Assembly (NCBI RefSeq): GCF_006345805.1
Contig: NC_043002.1
Coordinates: 51,584,001 to 51,648,000 of the forward strand
Reading direction: 5' to 3'
Origin: Octopus sinensis
Lineage: Eukaryota
DNA length: 64,000 bases
In this document: positions 50,060-63,734 of the stretch, piece by piece
Numbering within the stretch: the first letter of the stretch is position 1
Layout of the letters: every line of letters starts with the position of its first letter
Notes under the pieces: model-generated
The model's input: only the letters and a program-made list of their open reading frames with translations
The model's database searches: none
What the model was told of the DNA's origin: nothing
Translations under genes and position numbers: made by a program

Positions 50060-50470
50060 ATACTATTACAGGAAAGATGTTGTTTTCCATCAGAATAATG
50101 CCAGACCTCACGTTTCTTTGGTGACTGGTCAAAAATTGTTGCAGCTTGGCTGGGATGTATTACCCCACCCTCTATATTCACCAGACATTGTTCTTTCGAA
50201 TTTTCATTTATTCAGGTCCTTGCAAAATAATCTCAATGGTAAAAATTTAATTCTGTGGAGGACAAAAAAAAAAGAAATATCTTAATGAGTTCTTTGCCAA
50301 GAAACCAACAAAATTCTGGGCTGACAGAATCTTTAAGTTGAAAGAAAGACGGAGAAAGGCTGTGCAACAAAATGGTTCATATTTAGTTGAATAAATATTT
50401 AATGGTATAATTTTGCTTTGTCTTTTAATTTCCCTTCAAAATCGGTATGAACTTTCCGGACAACCCAACA
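50060..50470 (+). mobile_element. mariner 3' half with right TIR
   Basis: VVFHQNNARPH...LGWDVLPHPLYSPDI..S.FHLFRSLQN.L; ends GAACTTTCCGGACAACCCAA. Confidence 0.88.
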
Positions 50471-50539
50471 GTATATTTCTATACATGAGGGTAAAATGAA
50501 GATCGCTCTGCTAAATTTGTAAATATTAAAATACTCTGG

Positions 50540-51010
50540 GTGTAGCATGTTTCTACGTTAATATAAAATAGTTTTTCATCTGGTTTATTGAAAGGTTGTT
50601 GTAAGTTAATTCCTAAATCTAGTGTAAGATCAAATAAGTCAACAGTTGTTAGGCAATCGGTTTAGTTTAAGCATTTTAACACTGAAAGTGCTAATTTGAA
50701 TTGTATACTTCCTTAATTCGTTTAAAATGCAACTGCTAAAGCTAATCCGTGTTATCTGTAAAGGCCGAAATTTACAGAAGCAAATTTCTAATATGTATAA
50801 ACATATATGATCACATATATCTACGCTGTTATATGACCCAACATATTGAAGGGATCTTTTGGTCTGTTCTTTGATCCTGGTGGAGTACTTATCAAACAGC
50901 AGGGTTTTCCTATCATGAATTATCATATCACCATTGATATAATCTATTGTAATGTTGTTCTTAGCAAAATCTAGGTTGCTGTGTGTGAGTTTTAGATAGT
51001 GAGGAGTAAA
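50540..51010 (-). mobile_element. Degenerate Neptune-type PLE RT fragment
   Basis: IIH.RKTLLF....K......VGSY.S..IC..I.LYIL pattern. Confidence 0.65.
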
Positions 51011-51054
51011 ATCGGTAACGTACTAGATAATGACATCAATATTATTCTACTGAC

Positions 51055-51990
51055 AAAGACGGCAAGCTAGCAGAAACGTTAGCACGCCGGGGCGAGATGC
51101 TTAGCGGTATTTCATCCTTTCGGGGTCGATAAATTAAGTACCAGTTACACACTGGGGTCGATATAATCGACTTAATCTCTTTGTCTGTCCTTGTTCGTCC
51201 TCTCTGTGTTTAGCCCCTTGTGGGTAGTAAAGAAATAGGTATTTCGTCTGCCGTTACGTTCTGAGTTCAAATTCCGCCGAGGTCGACTTTGCCTTTCATC
51301 TTTTCGGGGTCGATAAATTAAGTACCAGTTATGCACTGGTGTCGATATAATCGAGTTGATCCGTTTGTCTGTCCTTGTTTGTCCCCTCTGTGTTTAGCCC
51401 CTTGTGGGTAGTAAAGAAACAGGTATTTCGTACGTTTTTACGATCTGAGATCGGATTCTGCCAAGGTTGACATTACCTTTGAACCATTCGGTGACGATAA
51501 AATAAGCACCAGTTGAGCATTGAGGTCGATGTAATCAATTAGTCCCTTCCCCAAAAAAACTTAAGCATTGTGCCCATAGTAGAAATAATTATTAATGTGG
51601 CGAGTTGGTAGAATCATTAGTACACCGTTCTGTGTTCAAATTCTGTTGAGGTCGACTTTGCTTTTCCTCCTTTCGGGGTCGATAAAATAAATACCAGTTG
51701 AACACTGGGATCCTCGAAATTATTGGCCTTGTGCCAAAATTTGAAACCAATATTACTGAAATTATTAAGACGGTAAGCTGGTAGAATCAGGACGCTGGAG
51801 GAAATATTTAGCGGCATTTCGTCTGTGTTTACATATTGAGATTAAATACCACCATGATCGACTTTGCCTTTCCTCTTTTAGGGGTCCATAAGTACCAACT
51901 GAGTACTGGAATCGATATAATCGACTTACTCACCCGAACTTACTGGCCCTTGTGCCAAAATTTGAAACCAAATTACTGAAATTATTTCGG
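51055..51990 (+). mobile_element. SINE-B multimer and neighbouring copies
   Basis: AAAGAAA(T/C)AGGTATTTC junctions at ~51240 and ~51420. Confidence 0.85.
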
Positions 51991-52169
51991 CAATTACGGG
52001 AAAAACTTGAGATATGTTTTGGTCTTATTATGACCTTTACAGCGAAAACCTATCCGAACAATGCAGCAGAATTGATGCAGGATAGGACAAGTTTGGACTC
52101 AATAAGCAGTGCCTGAAGAATTCATCTTTTCAAATCCAGTTTATCTTCTATTTATTTTATTCTACATTT

Positions 52170-52560
52170 TCACTTGTTTCAGACATTGGACTGCAGACAT
52201 GCTTAGGCACCGCTTTGAAGGGTTTAGTCGAACAAATCGACCCCAATAATTAACTTTTAATCTGGTGTTTATTCTATCGGTTTTTGTTGCCGAACCGCTA
52301 AGTTACGTGGAACTAAACTAATCAAAAGCGATTGTCAAGAGATGGTAGAAGAAGACAACACAAGCACAAACACACACACACACATATGTATATATTTACC
52401 ATAGTCCTCTTTTCAGTTTTTGTTGACCAAATCTCTTCAGAAGGCTTTGATCAGTCCAGGACTATGTTAAAAGATACTTGCCCAAGCTGCTACGCAGTGC
52501 GACTGAAACCGAGGCTACATGGATGGAAAGTAAGTTTCTTAACCATACAGCCACGCCTGC
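52170..52560 (-). mobile_element. Older SINE-A copy
   Basis: Family motifs, diverged. Confidence 0.75.
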
Positions 52561-53457
52561 GCATATGACTTCAAATTTCTTACTATAGTTTGCGACTGTC
52601 ATAAAATACTTCGGTAGGCGAACGACAGTACTCCGTAATTTCCCCAATCAATATTCAAATCGTAATTAGCCTTTCCTTGACAGCCAAGAATATTCTACTG
52701 TGTTGTCTAATAACGATCTATTTATGGTTGAAATATTATTCGGAAAAGAAAAAAACAATAAACCCAGTGATATTTAGAAATACCTGTTCAGATTCATATT
52801 TCACATGCTTCGCGCACTTATCGCACATGTCTATGGGCACTTATCAATACATGTCTATGGGCTGTAAATACGCACCCATAACAAAACCAAGCAAGAAAAA
52901 AAAAGGAGGGATGCACAGACAACATGTTTCAGCGAAATCCGATACTCAACAGAAGAACACAACCTGAATTGCACAAACAACACACAATACAAAACCCATT
53001 ACAACAGAAGACTCGAACCAAACCCCATAAACAGAATATACTGATGCAATACAATATTCCCTAAGAGGACAAAGAAATAAAGCACACACCAGCACGAAAG
53101 TGCAGCAAGTTATGCAATAAAAAGTTACTTGTAACTATTAGATGTCGAAAAATAAGAGTGGTGATGACAATGGTGACGAAAGTAACCTTACCTCAGTTTA
53201 TGAGAGACAGGAGTTTATGTAGAAACTCTGGTTGTAACAACGAAAATGAGGTTGGGCCTAAGACAACATTAACAGATAATAGAGTAAAAAAGGAAATAGA
53301 CCAGCGAAGAAAACAGGATAGTGATGCAGTTAATGCTTAGTAAGTGAACCTAAAAGTTGTTATAAAAAACGGATGTTAGCACTTTGGGTAGAGAAGGGTA
53401 TGTTTAAGGTGACTAAGCAGAGACTAGAAGTGTTAACTATTCAGCCAGCTGGCAACC

Positions 53458-53596
<139 letters not shown>

Positions 53597-55641
53597 GTTT
53601 TCAGATTTTGGCACAAGGCCAGTAAGTTCGGGGTAGGGGATTATACGATTACATGAACTCCAGTGTTTCACTGGTACTTATTTTATTGACTCCAAAGAAT
53701 GATCGATAAAGTCGGCTTCGATGAAATTTTAACAGACGAAATGCCGCTAAGCACTTTTTCCGTCCATGCTAAAAATTCTGCCAATTCGCCGCCTCACAGT
53801 GAAGCATATAATAAGAAACACAGGTTGTATATCCTATCTTTTCTATGATATTACTGAATTCGAAATAATCTTTACCGTTCACAATATGACCCATTTTCGT
53901 TGTAAGACCGCCCACATCTCTCTAAATTAGAGTGGTTTCAAGTGTTTAAAATTTCTGTCATTTCTACTTATTTTATCATATTAGGGAAGACGCAGTGTTC
54001 TTGTTACGCTTCCTACAACGTCATTGTCTTTTAGAGCAAAGGTTATTTTCGTAAGGACAAAAAAATAATTGTCTGGATGTTAGGAAAATATTTGGAATAT
54101 CTGGAAGTATATAAATCTAGTTAACTTCCTGTTTGTGAAATAAAGTCTATTCTAACCGTTTTTCACATACATTTTTTTTTTATTCCATTCATAATTTTTT
54201 TTTTCTCATGCACTCTTGAATTCTATTCACAACCCCCTCCATTTTATCAAATATTTATAAAATAATGAATAGCTGACCGCAGAAGGATTTTATAAACTTC
54301 CGAAAGAACGTGAAATAATCATTTTAGAATAGCATGTAAATATCAGGTTGAAAAACCGTTTTGGATGGAATCATCGACTTTTTCTATCCAAAAGGGTTTT
54401 GAATTCGATATTTACATGTGGTTGTTTATTACTTAGTGCGCTTCGAGATCCACTGTTCAAAAAAAAAAAAAAAAAGAATTAATGCAATAATATCTAAAAA
54501 TCTAAATGATTCAATCTAAATTATTTATTAGGAATTATTTCAACTAAAGTATGTTAATCTCCAGTAAGATCGACACCTTTGTATTTTCATGTATTTCGAC
54601 AGAAAAAAAAATTGATGTAATTGTCAGAAGTAAGACTGGAAGGAATTATCCAAATTAATTTGTTTTGGATGTGGCACTAATGAATCTAATATACTCAGTC
54701 CCCCGTATGGCGACAGAGCTAATAATAATAACTTCTGACACAACTAAAAGGTCACAGTTTTGCTGGGTGGAGGGAAGTGGCATAGTCGATTATATCAACT
54801 GAAGAAAATGGGGACATCTGTATGCTAAAATAGATAATCTTCCTTTGACACGGAGCTCGAATGTGATATATATATTAAATAATATTGAATATGTAATCTA
54901 ATTTTTCAGAAGCTGCCTGTATTTGCAGAGAAACCGAAATGTATTTCCGTTCACAGGACTTTTTAGTACAAAGTTAAATTTGATCATAGCGGGGAGTATT
55001 TCTTCCTTATATAGAACAGAATCATTTCTCACAAAACTGCGACCTTCGTCACATCGGTCAAATTAATTTATCTGAGTAGCTAGCATATTCAGTGTGTCAT
55101 TAAAAAAAAAAAAAAAATCAGATCTCTGATCCTAACTTGGTCTCGCTCCATAAAACTATTTTGTTTTAATTCATCACTCCACGAAGTGTTTCTCCATCAA
55201 TTCTCTTATTCCTTTAAGCCCCGAACTAATTCTACTAACCATTATAAAATTTTATATTGTGAAAAATATAAAATAAGCTAAATCCAAATTCTCATAATGT
55301 TTTGTTTGTTTACTCGCCCAAGTGATTATTTAAAAGCTTAAAGTGATTTGGAGTATAATGCGGCTAACAGCAATATTTGGCTGTGTGGTAAGAAGCTTAC
55401 TTCCCAACCACATGGTTCCGGGTTCAATCCCATTTGCATGGCACCTTGGACAAGTGTCTTCTACTATAGCCTCAAGCCGACTAAAGCCTTGACAATCGAT
55501 TTGGTAGACCGAAACTGAAAGGAGCGGGTCATATACATACGTGCATATGTAGTTGAAATTTACAGAAAAACAAAAAGACGAAGACAGATGTATAAACAAC
55601 AAGCAGGTGTGTTAGTTTGACGCTCGGGAAAGTGAGAAAGA

Positions 55642-55677
55642 CTTTTACGTTTCGAGCCTACGCTCTTCAACAGAAAG
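55642..55677 (-). ncRNA. Minimal hammerhead-like motif, same repeat family as 30730
   Basis: CTTT CTGTTGA A GAGC GTAG GCTC GAAAC GTA AAAG; A6 is mutated to U. Confidence 0.6.
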
Positions 55678-56261
55678 GAATAAGAGAATAAAAACAGAGA
55701 AAGAATATAAAAAGTTGTGGATTTAGTGATCAAGCATATGTGCGCGCACGTGTGTGTCTAACCAGCGCTTGACAACCGGTGTTGGTAAGTTTACGTCCCC
55801 ATAACTTATTCCGATGGAATAAGTACCAGGCTTTAAAAAATAAGTACTAGGGTCAATTCATCCAAACAAAAAATTTTCAAGGTGCTACCACAGTATGACC
55901 GCAGTATGGCCACATTATGGCCACAGTGTTATGACTGAAGCAAGTAAAAGAGAGAAGATAAATGATTTAATTGTTAAAAAGGGTGCTAGATGGCAGGATC
56001 GACTACGTGGTAGATTAAATGATTTGTGGGGTTCTGCAATATTTTGTTTAAGTCTTGTGTTCGCATCATGTTGCAGTCGATTCCGCTTTTCATCCATCGT
56101 GGTTTGCTAATAAAAATAGCAGTGTGGGGAATAAATTTTGATTGCCAACTACATCGTTTCCATTTCAACCCTACTGTGTTGTAGTTTGGGCAAGTATTTT
56201 ATATCATAGTCATTGGTTGACCAGTACCTTCTGAATATGAAAGAAATTATACTGAAGGCCA

Positions 56262-56314
<53 letters not shown>

Positions 56315-57361
56315 CATACACACATGCACCTTTTGACGTATATACATATACACAAACGTTTATATTTGTGTGTGTATGCTTGTGTTTGGGTTTGGGTCTG
56401 TTTTTCGCTGATGTTTACATCAGAAACTCAGAAAACAATGCTTTCTACACGAAATATTCTGTTGATATTTGTATTCATATGTCTTCCAACAGACTCGTAA
56501 ATCGGGCCATAGAAGAATACAAGCATAATTACAACAAATACATCAGAGAATGCACCAAATAAAAACACACAAATCACACATAAAATTAATTCAGAACAGA
56601 TGAATGCATAATCAAAAACTGCATAAAGCGGAACACAATTCGCATTATACCTGACCATAAACTAAAACTAGTAAAACGCTACAAAAACTCCAAAGCCAAA
56701 AGCCGCCTTATCAATAACACAATACAAGCACGTAAACTTGAGAACTGACTACTAATAACCAGGACTGAAACTGTTACATTAAAATTACTAGTCTATTACT
56801 CTGAGGTAGGTGCGCCAAGCATTTACAATAAAAACAATCGCAACACACTATACCATATACCACGAAACAGAGTTAGATAGAAAAATTACTAGATGATAAT
56901 ACTTACATACTCTACAAAATTTCCCAGAAAAACAGGAGTAAAATATTAATCATGGAACCTATATCTGTATCACAGAACAATGCCAAAATAAATACACATC
57001 AATAAATTTGCACATGGCTACTAATATGAAAATCATATGGCTGAAAAATCTTCGGCAGAAAAGTTTTCAAAAATTCCATCAATATAAAAGAAGCAACGCG
57101 GACGGTAAAACTATTTGGATTCTTGAAAATAAGACTGTGAAGTACTAGAATCGTTCAATAGGGATGGGAAAATGCTGAAAAACCCGAGTCTGAGAAATTC
57201 CGATTCATGTAAGACAGCTATACTAAAAGTCATACAAATATATAATTAAATGTCTTTTTGAAAACAGAAATCGTAATGATAGTGTTTCTGAAATGTAAAT
57301 TTGAGAAAAATTGTCGGAAACACCGAAAATCAGAAAAATCGGGCTGGTTAAACAATGAGCT

Positions 57362-57560
57362 TCTACCAAAAATTTCAACATTGCCATCAGGGTCCAGATA
57401 CTGCAACAACTTGGGCTTCAAGGTCCCACAGCTATTCAATATCCTCCCACAAAGCCTGAGAGACCTGTATGGCATGAATGTAGGTATTTCAAAACAAAAC
57501 TGGATATCCTTCTGTCAAGAGTTCCAGATGAACCAACCTCAAAGCAAGAAACACAGACAA
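57362..57560 (+). mobile_element. CR1-group LINE family A, 3' coding fragment
   Basis: LPSGSRYCNNLGFKVPQLFNILP.SLRDL. Confidence 0.85.
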
Positions 57561-57564
57561 GATG

Positions 57565-57731
57565 TAAGAGTGGTTGTGTGGTAAGTAGCTTGCTTACCAA
57601 CCACATGGTTCCGGGTTCAGTCCCACTGCGTGGCACCTTGGGCAAGTGTCTTCTACTATAGCCTCAGGCCGACCAAAGCCTTGTGAGTGGATTTTGTAGA
57701 CGGAAACTGAAAGAAGCCCGTCGTATATATG

Positions 57732-57770
<39 letters not shown>

Positions 57771-57980
57771 ATGTTTTTGTGTCTGTGTTTGTCCCCCCAA
57801 CATCACTTGAGAACCAATGCTGGTGTGTTTACGTCCCCATAACTTAGCGGTTGGGCAAAAGAGACCGATAGAATAAATACTAGGCTTACAAAGAATAAGT
57901 CTTGGGGTCGATTTGCCCGAATAAAGGCGATGCTCCTGCATGGCCACAGTCACATGACTGAAACAAGTAAAAAGTAAGTA
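57565..57980 (+). mobile_element. SINE family A, full length
   Basis: Head through GACTGAAACAAGTAAAA tail. Confidence 0.92.
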
Positions 57981-58196
57981 GGTGGGCATTGCCAACCAGT
58001 GCCCCCTTTTGGTCACCCCAGTATCGCGTCATTTTTCTTCAACGAACTCCCTAAATCTTTCTACTGCCCACTTAAGAAACCACTGCATTAAAACGTTCAA
58101 AAGCTCGTTAGTGCATTATTAATTCTCACACACATGTATGTATGTATGTATGTATGTATGTATGTATGTATGTATGTATGTATGTATGTATGTATA

Positions 58197-61100
58197 TCTA
58201 TATATATAAAACTCTAGTTGTGTGAGTGTCTGTCCCCTTCGATTTAGATTCCTAACTCCTCCCACATTTTGCGGTGCAGTTTAACCAAATTCGGGTATCT
58301 TATAGTCGTGATTCATATCGAGCCCGTCTGGCTATTAGCGCGCGTCAACGATGAGTCTACGATTTTAAAAATAATTTAACATAATTTTTTATTCCATTTT
58401 AATGCATAATTTTTCGTGTGTCGATGGCGGCGGAGTTGGCGTCCACGCTCACAGCTGCACCTGTTTGCTTCTCCCCCTTCCCTCCCTCGTGAAGCTGTGG
58501 GGAAGGGAGTGTAAAGAAATCAACGTCGTAATGCGTTGTCAAGGAGACCAGCGTTCTTTTAGAACAACGACTTCATGGCTTGAAGACACCAAAACAGAAA
58601 TGGCTAAGAAAGCCCGAATTGGCACCTATAAGGGAAGTAACTGTAGTGCTGACAGGGAAAGTGATGTGAGGGCAAATCGAAGTGAAGTTGATACCCCCGT
58701 CAACGATGCTACCTATGATACCCCTTATTCTGCTTGTTCCCCAACTCCCGCCCCTCAGACTTCACAGCTCAGCATAGTCTACACCAACTCGTGCTCCTTA
58801 TTCCCAAAGTTCAGTGAACTATTTACACTGGCCATACGTGACTCCTGATGTGATAGCTATCACCGAGACTTGGCTGACTCCAGCAGTAAAGGACTCAGAA
58901 ATCCACCTGCAGGGCTACGTCCTTTTCAGATGTGACAGAGGAAAAAGGCGAGGTGGAGGTGTTGCTGTGTATGTTAAGTCTGAGCACAAACCGTCCAGCG
59001 GTATTCTACCCACTAATGCTCAACCTACAACAAAATTCGATGCCGTCTATTGCAAGCTGAGCCTATCTGAGTTTTGCCTGCCCGTGTTGGCTGTCTACAG
59101 GCCGCCTCTTGCCGACCCCCAGGACGATTCTCATTTACTCGAAGCGATAAGATTCGTTTCAGCTTCGCATGACTGTTTGGTACTAGGAGACTTCAATGCT
59201 CCCACGATCGATTGGCCCGCATCAATTTGTACAACATCTTCCCGGCTTGGTCAGGCCCTTCTTGACGTGGCTGAAGATTGTTTTCTATCGCAACATGTTG
59301 AATATTCGACAAGGCATCGGTCTGGGCAGCAGCCATCTATGCTGGATCTGGTATTCTCCCGCTATCCAAGATCAGTGTCAGACGTATCTGTGTGCGCCCC
59401 TCTTGCCAAGAGTGATCATGCGGTACTGAAGTTCGTCATGCACACAACTTTTTCTACGCCCACGACTACTTCGCTGCCACGTAGAGTCTTCTCTGCAATT
59501 AATCTTGAAATTCTAACCGAGGCTTCCGCGCTTCTGGACTGGCGATCTCTGATGACGTTGTCCTCAGTTGACGAACTATGGTCATCCCTCAAAGCATATG
59601 TAATCTGTTTGACTGACCAGGCAGTTCCCGTTGGGCTTCCCAAGAGGAAGAAACACAAGCCCTGGGTGACGAAGAAGGTTAAACGAGAACGTCGACTCAG
59701 AGATATTGCTTGGGCTGAATTCAAAAATCTGGATTCGACTGCAGCCTTTGAAGTGTACAAAACTCAACGAGACCGAGCCGTGAAAATTGAAAAGAAAGAA
59801 CGCTTCAGTTATGAATACAAAATCGCGGCAAATGCCAGTAGCAATCCAAAAACCTTCTTTGCCCATGTCCAGCGGAATTCCCGCTTGAACAACCAGATTG
59901 CAACGTTGGTAGACTCAACAGGCGTATCGATTGAGGACCCTTATCAACAGAGTCAATTATTTGCCGAGGCTTTTTCAACTATTTTCAAACAAGATGATGG
60001 TCGTGAACCCCCTCCATTTGATAGATCGGTACCTCCAATGCTTCGATTGGTCATCACGCGGGACGAAGTCAAACGTGTTATTCAAGGCCTCGATGTCAAC
60101 AAGGGTCACGGCCCTGACGGCATACACCCACGGGTTATCAAAGCGTTGGCTCCGGTCATCTGCGAGCCCTTAACACGACTATTCAATATGTCATTGGCGA
60201 CGGGTGTTATACCTGCAGACTGGAGAACAGCGATAATCTGCCCAATTTTCAAGAAAGGGAGCCACGAAGACCCGCTTAACTACCGACTGGTTTCCCTTAC
60301 ATCAATAATCAGCAAGATGTTCGAAACCATCCTTAAGAAAAGTATGATGCTCTACCTCCTAAACACAGCCTCTATCTCTGATTCCCAACACGGCTTCGTG
60401 CCGAAGAGATCATGCTTGACCAACTTACTAGTAATGGAAGAATTGGTGACGCGCATCCTCGATGATAGTGATGCTGTTGACATCGTTTTATTGGACTTTG
60501 CCAAAGCTTTTGACTCGGTAAACCACCGCTTATTACTTGTCAAGCTTCAAGCATATAGTTTCCATCCGGATATTGTATGATGGGTTGGTGCCTTCCTCTC
60601 AGATCGCTCCTTCCAAGTCCAAGTTAATGGTTCGCGGTCCGACGTCTCCAGTGCGAGCAGTGGCGTGCCTCAAGGTTCAGTGCTTGGGCCCTTGTTGTTC
60701 TTAGTCTTCATAAATGACTTGCCCGACGACCTCACGCAACACACCCTTCTATTTGCCGACGATATCAAACTGGTCGCTCCTCGCGGTAATATAGAGGATC
60801 TTCGTCGATGCCTCCACCAAATTTGGAAGTGGTCTAACGATTGGGACCTGTGTCTGAACGTGTCAAAGTGCTGTCATCTGCCTGTCGGCTCTACTCCTGC
60901 AACTCAACTTGATTTCGAGCCGGGTCGTCTCCTGCTGGAGAGGACCGATCAGGTAAAGGACCTGGGTATCTTGGTGGATTCCTCCTTTTCGCCTTCGGCC
61001 CAGTGCGTCCATGCTGCCAACAAAGCACGCGGAATTCTGTTCTTGATTCGACGGTCATTCGGAATGCTCACGGCAGCCATATTCCTACCACTCTATGTCA

Positions 61101-61697
61101 CGCTGGTGAGACCCATATTGGAGTATGGGATTCAAGCCTCTTCTCCTTATCTCCTCAAAGACATACAGCATCTCGAAAGAGTCCAGAAGCTGGCTACCCG
61201 CATGGTTCATGGTCTCAAAAATTTGTCCTACGAAGAAAGGCTGAGGATGCTCGACCTTTATTCTCTCGAAAAACGCCGCCGCCGTGGTGATCTCATTCTC
61301 GCCCACAACATCATAAGCGGAAAGTGTAACCTCTCGAAAGAGCTGTTCTTCACTCCTGCTCCAGAGCGTCGGCTGCGGGGTCATTCCGAAAAGCTCTACC
61401 TGCGACGATTTCATCTTAATCGAAGGAGAGGAGCTTTCTCCGTCCGGGTTGCGGATCCGTGGAACAAGCTGCCAGACGAGATGGTGAAGATGCCGACGAC
61501 CGCTTTGTTCAAAGCCTCCCTGGACCTCAAGTGGCCTGAACTCTTTACATGAACACCACCCTGTACTTAACTCCATGTCCCCCTACATGGCCTTGCTAAT
61601 TGCTTTTGAGCCAAATTAACTAACTAACTAACTCTCTAAAAATGCTTATATAGTTATTTCCCTTACAAACCCGAGCAACGCCGGGCGATACTGCTAG
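58197..61697 (+). mobile_element. Non-autonomous Helitron with intact ends, hosting a LINE
   Basis: A|TC at 58197; 58197-58613 matches the 36 kb copy; 61630-61697 ends CCCGAGCAACGCCGGGCGATACTGCTAG|T. Confidence 0.88.
58614..61632 (+). mobile_element. CR1-group LINE family C, near-complete ORF2 (APE plus RT) with one frameshift and one nonsense codon
   Basis: YTN..SL..K..EL; DVIAITETWL; GDFNAP; LDLVFS; SDH; GPDG; NY.LVSLTS; QHGF...RSCLTNL; LDFAKAFDSVNH; GVPQGSVLGP; LFADD; RGHS.KL; WNKLP. Frameshift ~58845, TGA at 60578-60580. UTR hairpin CCATGT-CCCCCT-ACATGG, (AACT)n tail. Confidence 0.96.
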
Positions 61698-62308
61698 TTG
61701 TAAATATTTCTCTATATTATACAGCTTTGGAAAAGTAGAAACCTCTCGGCTTAGAAGGCTTGATTTTGCAGTTGTAGTTGAGATGCTCGGATGATGACTG
61801 TGCAGATGCTTCTTTTTTTTAGTTATCTTTGTACAATATTTCGTCTAACATCAATCACCATAACCAATATTACATACAGTCCACTTGCAACTAATAATTT
61901 TCAATCCATTACACTAAAAGAAACAAAAATGCTGCTCTGTGGTAGTCGTTTTTTTCAGATTCTTTTCTTCCCATCTCTCTCTTAATTTGGTGGGGACTTG
62001 CTTCAGTGTGTCCCATTCCTTGAAGATAAAACCCTCTGACCCTACAGGCTAGCAATCGATCATACTCACTCCAAATATCTCATAAATAATGGAGATTGCC
62101 ATTAACAATATAGCGACGCAAGTCATAATAAACCTTTATCGGCGGTAATATGACGTAATGGTCATGTTTCCCGAATAAGTATAGTTGTTAGTTTTCCATT
62201 GGTTAAAATTACTGCCCATATTTGAATTCTAAACTTTTGTCAAAGAGAAATCTTTCACCACGAAATACGGTTCTAAGAGTTCAGGTACGAGCAGTTATAA
62301 AAACCCTG

Positions 62309-62739
62309 GGATCTTTTCGGTTTGACCAGCAGTTTTTTAAAAATAATTACCACGTAACTAAACACTTAAACTTCGTATACTGGTAGAATGTGTTTATAAA
62401 ACATCTTTTTCTCTTGGCTTTATTGAGAAAATTCTATAGTTTGTAAGATATTTGTTTTTTTTCTTCAATTTCTGCAATTTCAACCAATCAATGACGTCTA
62501 TTGAGGTGAAAACATTCTGTGCCATATGAATATGTCCCTCGTTTAAGAAACAGATTGGGTTTATTTACATTTCTGAAGAAAAAAAGTACCCTTCCCCCAC
62601 TCCTAACCCTAACCCTAACTAACCCTAACTAACCCTAACCCTAAAACAGATGCAATAGATCGATACTAGGGTCATAATTATGGGAGACAATTTCATATGA
62701 TACCGCTAGAAAAAACTGCCGTTCAAACAGAAAAGATCC
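62309..62739. mobile_element. GGATC-ended MITE with internal (CCCTAA)n and 8-bp TSD
   Basis: Reverse-orientation relative of 25379-25816. TSD AAACCCTG at 62301-62308 and 62740-62747. Confidence 0.92.
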
Positions 62740-63734
62740 AAACCCTGATTTTTGGGAGATTAATCAGTGTTCGTTGGTTGTCACTCGATTTCACGACACT
62801 CACTCTCATTCGTTGGTTGTCACTCATTTCCACGTGACTCGATCTCTGAGGATATTGGCTATTGTTATGCCATGTCTATTACTTAATTCAACAAGGCTAT
62901 TTTGAACTGCTGTGTAAAACTCTAGTAGCTTAGTATGGAAGAATTAGTTAATATAAATTTAATGTCGTAATTCTCTTCTACAATTTTCTTTTGACTTATA
63001 ATAAGGTACTGTAAAATTTTAAATGTACGTAAATAAACTAATTTAATAAATAATTTCTCTTTCGTCATTTTCTTCAACCTGTTAATGAAATTTATTTCTG
63101 TGACTATGAAACTGTTATTATAGCCGTGTAAAAGAACGAGCTTATCTATCTTCAAAATACATGCAGGTTCAGCGTCTTGGTGTGTATAATTCATTACGGC
63201 GTTTATGCAGCCTGAGTTAAGATTTATGTATAGTGATAACACTTATAATTATGTTATAAGTGACATGCTTTTCGCCATAGATTTCTATTCAATAAACATC
63301 TATATTTATTATCTTTTCCAAGTTCGAACATGTTATAGATTGGTGACGAACCGATGTTGATTACGAAGTCTACTCGGGAGAATAATCACCATATAAGCTA
63401 GATAAATCACCCTTATAAAAAGTGGTGACCCTTGTGAAAAATATATAGAATTTTATATAGAATATAGTCGACAGTTTCATTAACTAAAATTTTATTAACG
63501 AAAATACTTAATATTGGTGAGGGAAGAAAGAACGCTGAAGAAATAAACAATAATAGTCGTAAAATGTTTTAACTGCACTTTCTAGTAAGCTAAATTTATA
63601 CTGCATAGCTGTTGAAAGCATTATTTCACTAAGTGAAAAATTTTCTTCTTGAAAATTTTAATATATTTGAGTGGAAGAAAATATTAAAGTGTTTGAAATG
63701 TCTTATTTCGATAGAGGTTATATGCAAGCTTATA

